Positions 1-13,135 of a stretch of 64,000 bases of DNA are shown here, one piece after another (the first letter of the stretch is position 1; each line of letters starts with the position of its first letter). The notes beneath the pieces are model-generated. The model was given only the letters and a program-made list of their open reading frames with translations. It searched no databases and had not been told where the DNA came from. Both the position numbers and the translations under genes were made by a program. The stretch lies in assembly GCA_964247055.1 (NCBI GenBank), contig OZ176055.1:8246001-8310000 (forward strand), in the 5' to 3' direction. Source of the DNA: Paragordius varius (Eukaryota; Animalia; Nematomorpha).

Positions 1-127
1 AGGATTTGAATCTAAGAATTATCTCTAATTTATAAATAAACATTAAATTGATAGAGAAAATTTTTTAAAATTCAATATAAAGAATCGAATAAAGTTAATA
101 TAAAAATTTGAAACTCAACACCCGACC

Positions 128-3100
128 TAAGCATCGGCGGGAATTATTTTACAAATTAAACGAAAAATATTATATTTGACGAGAAGAGAGTTTCGCTGGA
201 ATTTATCAGTCAATGTGTTAAGAAAAATATATTTTTTGGCTATAAAAACAAATCTCATAAATTCAGATTTTATATTAAATTTGGAATATTAATGAAAATT
301 TCGAAATAATTTATTGTCACAACTTTTTCACACTTTTTAATTTCCAATTTTTATTAACAATTTTACATATTGAAATATCAAATTTATCAGATGGTTAAAT
401 TTAATTTTATAATATACAAACGGTTTTAACTATTTCTGGATAAAAACAAATATATGCCAATAAAATTGGACAAAGTTGAAAAAAATATTTTTACCATTTC
501 ATATCAATTATCACGTTTATATATTTTTTGTTAAATAAGTTATTAAAAATATGGTAATGTATGTACCCCGTGCTAATAAGGCATGTTGAAATGGACCAGC
601 ATAATTTTGTGAAATCGTTTCTGATAGGTCTAAATTAGTTATCTGAATAAAAGCAATTTAAGTTTATCTATGTATATACTTGTTTGTATTCTCTGATTAC
701 GGACTTTATATGGTTAGGTTCCCGTTTAGTAAAAAGGTTAATGATAAATTCTTCATTTTGCCAACTTGAAAACTGTATGAAAAAAAGGCGTACAGCAAAA
801 AAAGTTTCACGGACCAAACGTAAAAATATAAGGACAAATATTTTTTGTCAAAAGGCAGCTGTATTTTTTAAACTTGTAGTCATATATAATTCATTGTCTT
901 AAAGTGCAAGTAGAAACTAAAATGTAACCTAGTAACACAATTAATATATATTCTACGATTGTAATTACGTAATTCTAGAAAAGATTAAGGGGTGTTTTGA
1001 AAAAAATATTCGTCTTTATGTTTTTACGTTTTGTCTGCATAAAATCAATTTTTACTGTATATAAAAGTTAAACTTTTATCAAAAATTCCACATCATTATC
1101 AATGCTATTCGTGTGATCGGATTTGTTGCTTTCGTTATAACTAGTACACAGTTTCAACAGGAATTTTTTTATGTTACCCGATGTGCGCCCAGATATTTTA
1201 TCTGTAAGGCTAATATTATACGTTGTCCCAAAGACATTTAGTAAATTTTCCATCTCCTGAATAAAATATATTATACCCCATTTATCTTTTCAGCAAATAC
1301 ATTTTATAACTGAAAAACAATATTTTTTAATTCAATGACAATATTTTTACCCAAAAGCAGTTTTTATTTAAAGGCAAAATCTATCATTCCAAAATTTTTT
1401 TTATATAAAATATAATTTAATAACAATAGGTTTGGGTAAACATTTTGCTAAAATTGTTTTTAAATAAATAAATTCGGAATATTATTCGATTGTTCAAAAA
1501 GTATTAAACTATCCAGTAAAAAATGTTGTTTTTTTTAACTTATATGCAGCCCCTATTAAATTTTAAAAAAGGTTAAATTAACACAAGTTAAAACATCTGC
1601 TGTTTTATAAAAAATTTAAAAAAACCATGTGAGTTCGTGAACATAAAATGCATAGTAATAGTCGATAATTTATATCAGAGTCTTGGTTGGATAGCGCAGT
1701 GAATATGGATGTTGCATCCCTCAGAGCAGTTTCTTGCATTAGAGAAAGCATAATTTTGCAAACACTGCTATTGACTTGAAAAGTCAATTCTGAATCCAGA
1801 TCCTATGTTGTTATTAAAGAAAACAATGCATAAAATTGGGTGGTATTAAAAATGACCTGATGTAATATTTACATTATAATAGATAAATGTATCTAGATTC
1901 TATGATACAAATGCTCAGCATCATCGAATTATAGCGCAAATTTTGCCATGTTCGATATGGAGCAATTACCAAAGTGTAAATATATTTCTTAAATGACTTG
2001 GGCCCAAAACCATTAGCACCATAAAAATCCTAATGTATTTTACTATCAGAAAATATATATTTCATCAGGATATTTTTTATGTGCACTGTTTAATAATGAT
2101 ACTTTCAAATATATTTTCCGGTATTCCTTTTGAATAAGCAATCGTTGCATGTTTGACCGTTTTGATAAAATATTGGATATAATTTTTTCTTTCAAGCTAC
2201 CTATTAATATATACATTAATTATAGATACTATTATTTAGAAAAACGGTTTCGATAATTCTGGCATCGATGTCGGCCTGGAAATTTTTGGCAGGAAAAATT
2301 GTACTCCACGGACTCTAGATTATTTAATTATATTTTATGAGTAAGTACCGTTATATAAAGGGCTTCATCATTGTTTAGTAGTTTGAATGTATCAACCTAC
2401 AATATGTATATATATATATATATATATATTGATATTTATTAAAAATTTATTTATAAGTATTATACAGTAGAAAATTATACAGACAAAAACTAAAAGACAA
2501 CTATTTTTTAACCTTCTTTTTTTAAATATAACAAATCGTTTGGGGTCGCGCAAAATAAGAGTGTAAATTTGGTAATCAACCCTCTTTTATATTTTCAATT
2601 TGTAATTATGTAGTGTTGGGAGAATATATCAAGGTTTAAAAAGCATGGTTGTTTTTAGAAAAAAATATTTGTCTTTTAATTTTTATGTTTTGTCTGTATT
2701 TAGGTATTGCAAAACATATATATATATATATATATATAATTGATGTATACCTTGGAATATTCATCATTGTTTAAAATTTTGTTATCCTTAACGGATGATT
2801 GTTTTGTCACAAATAAGACTAAAAATTTGGATATATTAGGTGACGACAATCTTTTTTCAATGTCAGCTATTAAAGTAACTCTGTAAAGTTTGCGATATTC
2901 TTGAGTAATCTTGGGCAGATTGTCCTAATTTTATTATTTTTTTATTAAAAAAACTAAAATCAAAAATTACCTCGATTGTTTGCAATGCGAAATAATACAA
3001 TTTATTTTCGCTAACGAGTATTTGATCATGGATTTTGGCAGCAAGAGACCGGTAATATGTCGTAACAATGTTTACTAATAAATTTTAGAAAAAAATAATT

Positions 3101-6100
3101 TTGAATTATATTAACAACATCCTTACCCATTATGAATATTGGTGACGAGCTTTCTTTACCATAGTTAATTTTATCGAGTTGGGATTTTGTAAGCTATATT
3201 TCCAATAAAATATATATATTGATTATGAAAAAGTATGGCAAATTAAACATTGTTACTAATTAAAAAAGTATTTTAAAAATTTATTTTCTAGATTTAAAAA
3301 ACTATTTGGAATGTTAAAAATCATAATATGTGAAGAATCGGTTACTATTATGAAAAGGTTTTTGGAATTGGCATAAGAGTAAAAGATATATTTAAAAATA
3401 TTCCATTTCCATCTCAAAATATTGTTAACACTCCTATACCTTTTGGGGTACCTTTATATCCGAGAGCGATTTTAAGAATATTTTAAAAAGTATTTAAAAT
3501 ATTAAGCCGACAAAAATATGCATTCTTTAGTCTTTTTAGGCGCATTATGCAAAAAATTTTTTTTTAAAATGTAAAATTTTAAAAAAACATCTGATATTTA
3601 TTTAGCCATTTTTTTCATGATTTTTTTTAAATCGCTAATGCAACAAGCAAATGAATGTATATTATGGTTAGAGATTGAAAATAATTAACTTTAAAATTCA
3701 GGTTACATTTAAATAGCAATTCTGATTTTAATATCAGCTTTTCGTTTCAATCGTGCTTTAGAGCTGCCCCAATTCCGGACTATAGAAGTAATAAAATTGT
3801 AAATACAACCTTTTTATCTAATACATGAGAATAATGTTTGATAATTAATTAATTAAAATAACTTTCAAAACTCTTTATTTATAAAATTGAGCTCTGGGAT
3901 ATAATACTACCCCAAAATGCAAACGACAAAAAAGTGATAAGGTAATCAAGTAATAATAATATAATCTAAAAAGCTATTATATATATATATATATATATCT
4001 TTTCAAATTCCATGAGTTCGGATAACATTATTATGGGTTTTGGGAATTAGTATTATCTCCCAACCTATCCGTTTTTCGCGAAACTCTAATAGAATGCTAA
4101 TTTATTCAAAAAATAAATGCTCTTTTCTGCATAAATTGATGTAATTTATAGGGCATGCATTTTTAAATCACGATTCAAATTGGGGTAACTAGTGACCTCA
4201 GATTATATCAAAATTAATATTATTAAAAACGGCTAGAATGTTTAAATAAATTTAATATCTAAAAAAGTCTAATCAGAATCTTTCCAAAATAATTAGTAAA
4301 TAAAATGTGGGCGTAATAATACAGTCCCATAATTCAAATATAAAAAAATATTCATTGATGTCCAGCTGTTATATTTTTTATGCAGCCCGCTGAATTGTTT
4401 GAGCTAAAAATGCGGCCCGCGAAGCCATTTGTGTTGAATAACCCTGAATAGTAAAAGAACAACGAACGGCATTCAAACAATTTTTCCCCTATATTTTAAC
4501 ATTAATTTTTTAAATTATGGAAAATAATTTTTTACCTTAATACTACTAGTTAACCAATTGAAATATTTATTATTTAAGATTTATCGATATAATCATAAAT
4601 AATACAATATTTTTGTATAAATGAAGGAAATGTGTGGTAAAACATAAATCCATAATGCAGATATATTATGCGACCTTCAAAAACTATTAATATCATAATT
4701 ATTTATAAACGACAAATACTTTTATACATATATATTTACAATATGAAATAGTTAATAAATATATTTAAACAATAATATAGCGTATACCTTGTTATATTTT
4801 AGTATAACATCTCTGAAATATACGGGTCCCTTGGCATCCAACAAATTTAACAAATGATTATCAATTTTAGTTTTTCCATCCTTAGTAATCTTGATATAAA
4901 TTAAATACAAAATTAATTATACATCACGTATTGTTTCGATTTCTTTGATCAAATCAATATTTTTGTAGGGCTTGGTATAACTTTCCTTCTATAATACAGA
5001 AAAAATGGGGGTTTAATGTAAAAAGAGTTCTTTCCTTTTAACAATAATTTTAATTGTTTAAAAGTTTTGATAAAGTAGAAATTTTTACATGTAAAATATT
5101 TGATACTATATCTAGAAAAAAATGTACCATACCCGATATAATATTTCCATAATGGTCAACATTTGTTCGGAAGATGTTTTATCAATCATCTCAAAAAAAT
5201 CTATCTTCTTATCTAATATCAGTTTATAATATATAACATATATGGCGTTACCTTTTATAATGGTAAAATTACCGTTCTGATTGTTTAATGGAATTAGTCA
5301 CGATTAAATGAAAATTATTAATCCATTTCTAACAATTAATTTGATTAAATCTTAAAATTTTACAGTGTTTTTGTGGACTATATAAATTAAAAATATTAAT
5401 AAGCAATAATTTTGGTGTATCTTTATTTACTTTTATAAGGTTCAGGGCACAGCCAGGAAATAATTTATAAATGGGCCCAATTTTAGTTACAGTTATAAAA
5501 TACCCCATTCCGATATACACACTCACTTATATGTTAATAAGATAAGTAAACATGAGAACAAACCTTTTATCCATTGTTCTCGGAAAAATTTCAAGATCTA
5601 AAACATATTAATATATAAATAAATGTAACAACCGTTTATGTAATACCTCGTATTCATTCGTGGCAAATAGGGTAAGAATACTGGTGAAATCCTTTTTCTA
5701 TAAATTTTCACAAATTAAAAGTTAAAAGTAATACATTGAGCGCTTTTTCAATTTCATGGTAAAACAACTTATCTCTCCTCACACACACTAAATCAATTAT
5801 CGGATAAAATTCTTTGGGTAAAACAGCTTTAAAACTTTGTTCCAAGTCCTATAAAGGTTTTTTATTATATCTTAAGTATACGCGTTGAGTTTTATCCAGA
5901 AATAAGTGCGCAAAAGTTTGTCGACTACCATAATTAGATCGACAAAGTATGGAAAGTGTTTGTTTTGTAAGAATTTCATCTGGTTTCTGTCCGCGATTTA
6001 GACCGTCAATCAATGCATTTATATCCGAAGTATCTGTCTATATGAAACATACAATGATGAAAAATGAACTATTTATCTATTTAATTAAATTTTAACGGAA

Positions 6101-8211
6101 TATACACATATGTAGCAAAACTCAAATTTAGTGACCTTAGATTCATGCTTGGTATATTTGATATTTGTTTTGTCCTTTAATTTGTAGTATTTGTCGTAAT
6201 ATAAATCAGGTAGATCAAAATTTTGTGGGGTATAGAAACGTTCTGTGATATCTCCGTTGTTTTCGGCCTTTAATCGATTCTTATCGTTATCAAATTCCGT
6301 TTCTAATCATTTGTATATTATTTTTTGAATAAATGGGAAAATTTGTATTAATGATAATAAGAGTTAAACTATTCTTAATTTCTATTCAATTATTTTTTAA
6401 CAAATCTCAAAGGCACTCCATTAAAATAATTGACTGTAAACGTAACGTGAATGCTATTTCTCAAGACTTCTTTTTGTCTCTAAATGAGGAGCCAAAATTG
6501 TTATATACACCCTTTAACATTTTTCCGAGTTAATGAGTGTAATTTGAAACATCAAATGCTGATATGGGATGTAATGACTGTGACTTACAGGCGTAGTCAT
6601 GAGTCTTAACCGTTTTTTTGGCAAAAAGTTTCTTGTTAAAAATCAATTATTAATTTTCAACATATTGTCCATCGTCTTCTACACATTTCACCCCTCTCTC
6701 ACGTAATATAAGAATGCATGCCATAAAAACCGATTGCTTTTGGGACAAACTATTCATCAAGCCATATCCAACGTTTTAATTATTGAGGTGCGGCTTTACG
6801 AACATGTGCCTCATTAATGCAAAGAAGAGTCAGATGGCGCTGGATTATGAGCGCACAGCGGATGCGATAGAATTTCCAATCCAAGCGATTTTAAGATTTC
6901 TTTCATAAGTTTTATTATGTGAGACGGAGCATTGTTGAGCAATATCAATTTTTCCATGCCTTCTGGCCCACCCTGGTCGTTTTTTAATTAATCGATGATT
7001 TAAATTAATCATTTATGTGGCGTTGTATATTAACGGTTACAGCGAGCTTCAAAGGTTCATGCACAATTCCGATCTTATCTTACCAGACACAGCAACGTTC
7101 TTTTACCGAAACGATTTGGCCTTAATGTTGATGAATTGGATTGACAAGGTGAAAGCGACGAGATTTCCGCTTTGGATTTACAAACCCTTTTCATGATTCA
7201 CCCAATTCAATGCAAAAATGATTTTCTTTCGTGGCACAAAAGCAGGATTTTACAAGTCGCTTTGAATTTTTGTTTTGACGTTCATTCAAATGGTGTGGGA
7301 ACCCATTTACCGTTTAATCATCATAAAATAACTCTAGAATTTATCGCCATTGCTTGGTCAAACAAAGCACCCACTATTTCACATTAAAAACCTAACTTAT
7401 AAATTTCAAAATTATATTCTACAAGTTTTAATCAATGGAACATATCCAGTACAGCATAATATGACTTTCAAAAGCCTCCAAAAAGTAGTGTTGCTGCAAA
7501 TGTTCTATTAGTATAAACGCTACTTTTATTGGACCCAACTTACACGTGTTTGTTGTCAATGTTAGATTACCAAAATGGGATTCATAACTAATTAATAGTC
7601 TGAGTATACTTTTCGCTAACGTCTCTCTTAGTTAAACAAGTAATAACTTACGATACCGATAAATTTGGATAAAGCTAAATCTAGTGATAATTTATTTACA
7701 ATAAAATTTTAAATATGAAAAATTTATAAAAGATTTTGTGTTAATCGATATCTAACAAGTTTCAGCCATATATATAATAGATACTACCTCGTAAGTTTTC
7801 AGAATCTGTTGATGAGCGATCTAATCTAAGCAGAGTGGGTTCACTGCTATAAGATCCTGAATGATCACTTCCAGAATTGCCATTTGATAAGTCTTTGGTT
7901 GAATTTGTATGATTAGATCCAGAATAATTTGTGGAATTTGTATTATTGGTTAAATCAGACAAACTTTTATGCAATAAATATTTTTTATCAGAAGATTTGG
8001 TAGTTTTTGTATTTATAGATTCTCTTGTCTTTGTACTATCCTTAAAACTTTGATGTTTAACGGCATCGGTTGAATGTTTGTTTGATTTAACATTTTTATA
8101 GATTGCTGATTGTTCTGAGGGCAAAAACGCGTAAATCTGTTTGGATTCAATCAATTTTAACGGTGTTATCCATTCATTGGCATCGTATACAATATCTTTA
8201 TATTCAAACAT
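128..8211 (-). CDS. Multi-exon divergent annexin with two tetrads (at least 8 annexin repeats) and a long Ser/Thr-rich N-terminus
   Basis: Hand-translated minus-strand exons give annexin-repeat segments. First tetrad: ~5880-6050 TSDINALIDGLNRGQKPDEILTKQTLSILCRSNYGSRQTF; ~5745-5848 DLEQSFKAVLPKEFYPIIDLV; ~4790-4980 KESYTKPYKNIDLIKEIE..NHLLNLLDAKGPVYF; ~2770-2930 DNLPKITQEYRKLYRVTLIADIEKRLSSPNISKFLVLF. Second tetrad: ~2100-2314 TIFPAKNFQADIDARIIETVF..KEKIISNILSKRSNMQRLLIQKEY; 1630-1802 DLDSELTFQV..RDATSIFTAL..LLCILCSRT; 1075-1260 FGTTYNISLTDKISGRTSGNIKKFLLKL; ~680-775 EEFIINLFTKREPNHIKSVIREYKQ; ~565-630 DLSETISQNYAGPFQHALLA. ORF 7762-8211 and an open exon at ~6135-6305 are assigned as N-terminus by inference. 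The 3' end and some junctions are unresolved. Confidence 0.8.
791..1059. mobile_element. Tc1/mariner-type MITE (family C), intronic, with ~70-80 bp degenerate TIRs
   Basis: Begins TA-CAG and ends ACTG-TA. The arm motif GACAAAACGTAAAAA..AAGAC.AATATTTTT occurs as an inverted pair. Related copies lie at ~2463-2712, ~26790-27064, 52492-52733, 54670-54935 and 63281-63387, with single arms at ~25255, ~33100 and ~55050. Confidence 0.6.
3440..3940. repeat. Dispersed ~450 bp repeat (family A); second copy at ~59230-59650
   Basis: Collinear shared motifs in both copies, e.g. AAATCGCT..AATGTATATTATGGTT..CAGGTTACATTT..TTCGTTTCAATCG..GAGCT..CCCAATT..ATAACTTTCAAA. Termini are not clearly defined. Confidence 0.6.
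6586..7400 (-). mobile_element. Degenerate mariner (DD34D, Mos1-like) transposase relic inside an annexin intron
   Basis: Minus-strand translation with stops and frameshifts gives GKWVP, CKILLLCHERKSFLH, NRFGKK, KRPGWARRHGK, LLNNAPSH, LGLEILSHP..PAPSD and CVEDDGQY, collinear with the Mos1 motifs WVPHEL, LHDNAPSH and YSPDLAPSD. An ITR-like TACAGGCGTAGTCATGAGTCTTAACCGTTT lies at 6586; the 5' end was not identified. Confidence 0.88.
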
Positions 8212-9204
8212 TTTTGTATTCCAAAAAAATCAATAATAACCAAAAAATTCACAATTGCACCATAAAACTATTATCAATTATGAAAAAAACAAGGTAATAT
8301 TATTAAATATAGGTATATGTTATTTTATCACTGCCTACATCGTTCAGATATTTTAATATTGTTTATATATTATTTAGAATACTAAATATGCGTAGATTTT
8401 GTTATTTAACTTGATAATTTTGACGTTTAAAAACTATTAGATTAATAGCATATTGTACTTATTTCTATTGTCACCTTTATCTATTTTAATTAATCGTTAG
8501 ATTACCACTATTACTCTACTGAGAGGTCATATTTTACAAATTTTTGTACCATGTTTTATATTAATGGCATAGTATAATTTAAAAAAATTTAAATTATTTA
8601 ACCCTTATAAAAGATTTAGTTTTGGATCGACTACTTACTATATAATAATTTCAACAAAAATTTAGATAACATCTTTTGGGAATAAATTGCATTGCACCTA
8701 TAAGGAATAAGAGAAAAAGGAATTATAGAAATGAACAGTCTTGATTAATTCTACCATTAACATTGTGGAGCACAAGATTAAGTTTTGACAATTATTTATC
8801 GGGTTAGGGGCTCTCTTTTTTATATAACTATTCCTATATTCAACTCATTTTCCATAATTCGTATATCCCATTTCTCCAACACATTTATGAATAATCTCTA
8901 GCTATTTTTTAAAACTTATCAGATTTGCTATTCTAGCTTGGTATTGATAGCGGCAACGGATTTAGATAAGGGGTGCACGCGCGCGAGCATGCTGCCCTCC
9001 AAAATATTTTTTGAGAAATTTAAATACAAAATTTAGTAAATCTAAATAATATTGATTTTCTTAAACATATTCCTAATGAATCTTTCTAATGGCAATGAAA
9101 TAACAAAAACTAAAATAAATACTAGTTTTTACAGTCTTGTGTGTAAAATTGCGAATAAAATATTTGTTAGACCCCGCTCGTAACCTTTTGTGTTGACACC
9201 CCTG

Positions 9205-12200
9205 TAAGGTGACAGATTTTTTGAAGGAAAAAGCGGGACAAATCTGAGAAGGGGGGGTCATTGGGGGGTTCAACCAAAAATTTTTATACAAAAAATTTAT
9301 TGTAATATTTATTTATTTTTAACACAAATACATTATAAATATAAAAATATTTGTACTTCACAGGTTGTTTGCACCATATTCAATAAATTTACATGCGCAC
9401 GAACAAAGGGTGAAGTGATTGTAATATTCTAGAAAAAAATAATAAAGACGAAATCATCACCAAGTGAGCTGGGTGATGCAAGAAGCGGCACAAAAAATAT
9501 TTTTAACAATTTAGCGAATAATCTTAATCAAAACATTATTGGCAGATACACAACGCTATTCAAACAGCTACTGATTTGTTACCCCTGGATGTGAAAAATA
9601 TGGATGTTAAAATACTTGGATATTGTAGAACTGTTGGTCAGCTCTTTTGCCAGCGATTGAAATATTTATAAAAATGTGATCTCCTAGAATCCTATTTTTT
9701 ATCACAGGACAAAGGTCAAAATTCCAAGTCAAAAAAGTTTAGAAAATAATTTTATACCATTACCTAATCGCAATATTATAAAGCATCCAGAAAAACATGG
9801 CTCAATGAATAGCCAGAATATAAAATGTTTTATACAAACAGAAATGATTATTTGGAAGACAAGACGGTGAACAATGACACTTTTTTATGAAGTCTCATTA
9901 TTAAATAAATATATTGAATGAAAACTTATATTATAGACAACAGAAAAAAATACGTAAGATAGAAATGGTTAAAATAATCGTTTTTAAACAAATTATGTTC
10001 CATACAATAATATTTTAATTGTAGAATTTGCATTATCTTTACCTGAACCACCCCCATTGAACGGGTTTTTCCACAGTAAATTAAGTAAGGACACGGAATC
10101 AAATTTAAATGTTGAATAAAAGCCATTTTATGTGTTCAAATATAATTTGACAAATTATGAAGACTTATACAATATTTTAAGTAATTTTGTTTATTTTTTA
10201 ACACAAAAACTTTAAAGAAAATATTTTATTCTTTGGTATATTTTTTGTTTGAGTGAATGCGTTTTAGCAGATTGTCATCATTTTTTAAAATATTGTGGAA
10301 GTCTTCACAAGAATTTGTCAAATTATATTTGACAGATAAAACGGCCTTTAAAGTTTCAACATTTAAATTTGATTTTTCCGATGTCCACACCTGATCTGTG
10401 GAAAAAAACTCAGTAGCAGCGTTGGTTCCAGGTCAAGATAGTGCGAATTCCACAATTTTAAAATATTATTGTATGCAATATAGTTGGCTTCAAAATGATG
10501 AAATATTTCCAACCATTTCTTTTCTGCTGTATATTTTTCTTTTGTCCATAATTTAAGTTTTTCATTATTAATATATCTTTTAACTAATGATACTTCAGAA
10601 AAAAGTCATTTTCTGAAAGATTACTTTTTGAGAATTTTTGGGAGCAGATATAATCATATGATTTTTGAACATCGCACCAATTAAATTCTGATTTTAATGT
10701 AATCCAATGAAAATGATCAATTTCATTGAATTGCGTCGTCCAGTCTTCCAAATAATCTTTACAGTTTGTATATAACATTTTTATATGGTACAGGATATCT
10801 TGGCGATTTATTAAGCCTTGTTTTTCTAAATTATTTATTATATTGCGTATGGTTAATAGTATAAAATTATTTTCTAACCGTTATTGACATTGGACTCGTT
10901 ACTAACTTCATTGGTTACTTCGATTGCCGAAATTTCGTCACCGTCCATAAATTTAATAACATTTTGAAAGAGAGAAGCTTGATTATGTAAGAATTCTAAC
11001 CATATTTTTGAAGAATCACTTTCAAAAAACTTTTTTAAAGTTGTAGGACATTTGTCCTGTGATAAAATTTTTTTCAAAGGATCATATTCGATAGCTGGCA
11101 TAAAAGCTAACCAGCGAGTTTTGCAATATCCAAGCATTTTTTGATATTCTGCCTTTTCACAGAATTCTTTAAGCGTTTCAACACGTACCGTGTATATATA
11201 AAAATAGTAATATATTTTAACAACTACATTTTCCACATCTAGGGGTAAAAAATCAGCAGCTGTTTGAATAGCGTTGTGTATTGAATGCGCTGCACACCCG
11301 ACGCCAATAATGTTTTGATTAAGATTATCTGTTATTTTATGAAAAATATTTTTTGTTCCTCTCCTTGCTTTTCCACCAAAGTTCGTATTGGTGTTGTCAG
11401 CGCAATATGCGATAATTTTGTCTTTTAAATTATTTTTTTTAGAATATGCATTATTGAAGTAAATATTATTTCGGAATTTTCACCGGGTAGGGAAATTAAA
11501 TATAAAATTTTTATTTTTATTCCGGTTTCTGAATCAAAATATCTTATTAAAGTGGGAAATAATTTTGTTTGTTGGTGATTTGATGCATCAGAGTATAGGG
11601 ATAAGAAATTAATTTTTAGCAAATCTTTTTGTATTTCAGAAAATGCATGTGGCGAAAGGACATTGGACACAATGGCTTCAGCCTTTGTACGGGCACATTT
11701 TTTTATGGAATAACGTGCGAATAACTGAGGTACAGTCCATAGATCTAAAGGAATGATTGTGAGGCGTGAAAAGATAACACGCCCTCAGCTAGTGCCAAAT
11801 TCTTTTCTTCCTCTCCAAAAGCGGTTTTTCGAAAAAAATCGCTCATTTTGTAAGATGATGCCACCATATCTAAACATTTTTTATGTTTCTGTGTTTCCAT
11901 ATGCTTTGTAATATCATGCTTGCCGCTATGTACTAGGGTGAATTCCCCCTCGCATATAAGACATTTAACAGATGATTCATTCTTCGTTTTTTTAATATAA
12001 GGAAAATCTTTCATTAATTCATCGTTGAATTTACAACCTCTTTTTGTGCTCATATTTATAAACTACTATTAGTGAAATAAACGTGTAAGGTACCAATTTG
12101 TGGTATCAATTTGTCTTTTAAGCTACCGATTTGTGGTATTAATTTGGCTTTTTAATAATGTTGGCAAGTAATAAAACTAAAATATTAGTATAATAAATAT

Positions 12201-12570
12201 TATATTACCTTAATTTTCTGGAATAAATGTGTAAGGTACCGATTTGTGGTATCAATTTGTCTTTTAATCTAGAGATTTGTGGTATTAATTTGGCTTTTTG
12301 ATAATAATGACAGTAGTATTAGGAAGGAAAGTATATAATCATATGATATAAATTCTAAAAAAATAAATATTTTTAATTTAAAAATAAAAAATTTTAATTT
12401 AAAATTTATATAGATTTTAAAGATATTTAATGATAAAAAATTTAAACGGATAAAAAAAATTTATTTTTAAAAAAATTTTTTTTTATATAATCGTGAAAAA
12501 GCGGGACATTTTAAAAAACGTAGCGGGACGCGGGACAAAGTGTGAAAAAGCGGGACGTCTGGTCACCTTA
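9205..12570 (-). mobile_element. hAT-superfamily DNA transposon relic with an internal inverted partial copy
   Basis: TIRs are TAAGGTGACAGA (9205) and TCTGGTCACCTTA (ends 12570), with subterminal GCGGGAC repeats. Fragmented transposase on -: N-terminal zinc finger (CLIC..H..KH, 11745-12053), SDASNH catalytic Asp, ADNTNTNFGG, GCAAH, KTRWL, and a C-terminal dimerisation segment PGTNAATE..FS..W..EKS.L (~10300-10480). No clear 8-bp TSD. Confidence 0.88.
12085..12300. repeat. Duplicated short tandem motif in the hAT 5' region
   Basis: ATTTGTGGTATCAATTTGTCTTTTAA..GATTTGTGGTATTAATTTGGCTTTT occurs at ~12096-12151 and again at ~12241-12299. Confidence 0.75.
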
Positions 12571-13135
12571 ATTATATATCATCTAAAAAACCTTAAATTT
12601 TGATTGAAATTCAATTTAATATGTTTTAACATTTTTTAGAGCTGGTTAATACTGAAAAGAGTGGACAACCCTGTTTTAACAAATATGGATATTCTTATAT
12701 TAAAATATTTGCTTTAAGTTTTTCTGTTTTGTCTATATTTTAATTTTTAAAAAAATATGTAGAGGTGTAATCAACACAAGAGGGTTTTGGATTTAATTTT
12801 TAAAATAAATCTTGCCAATAACTTTGATGTTGGTTGTAGAAAATATTAGTGTTTTAAAAAATTAAGGGTAACGGAATCGCTATCTCCTCTAATTGATTTT
12901 TGACAAGACACGAAAAATATTGTAAAAATAACCATACCATATCTCAATATATTATATATGATTAAATTATTTATTTTTTTGATGATATAGTGAACCCATT
13001 TTGGGGGTTAATGTTGGATAATAAAACATTAATTAAATAATTGTTATAACAAAATTTTTTTAATAATAAGAATTTTGAGTGAGAGAGCTGTATTGGGATT
13101 ATATGAAAAGGAAAAAATGTGTTGTATTATTAGAT

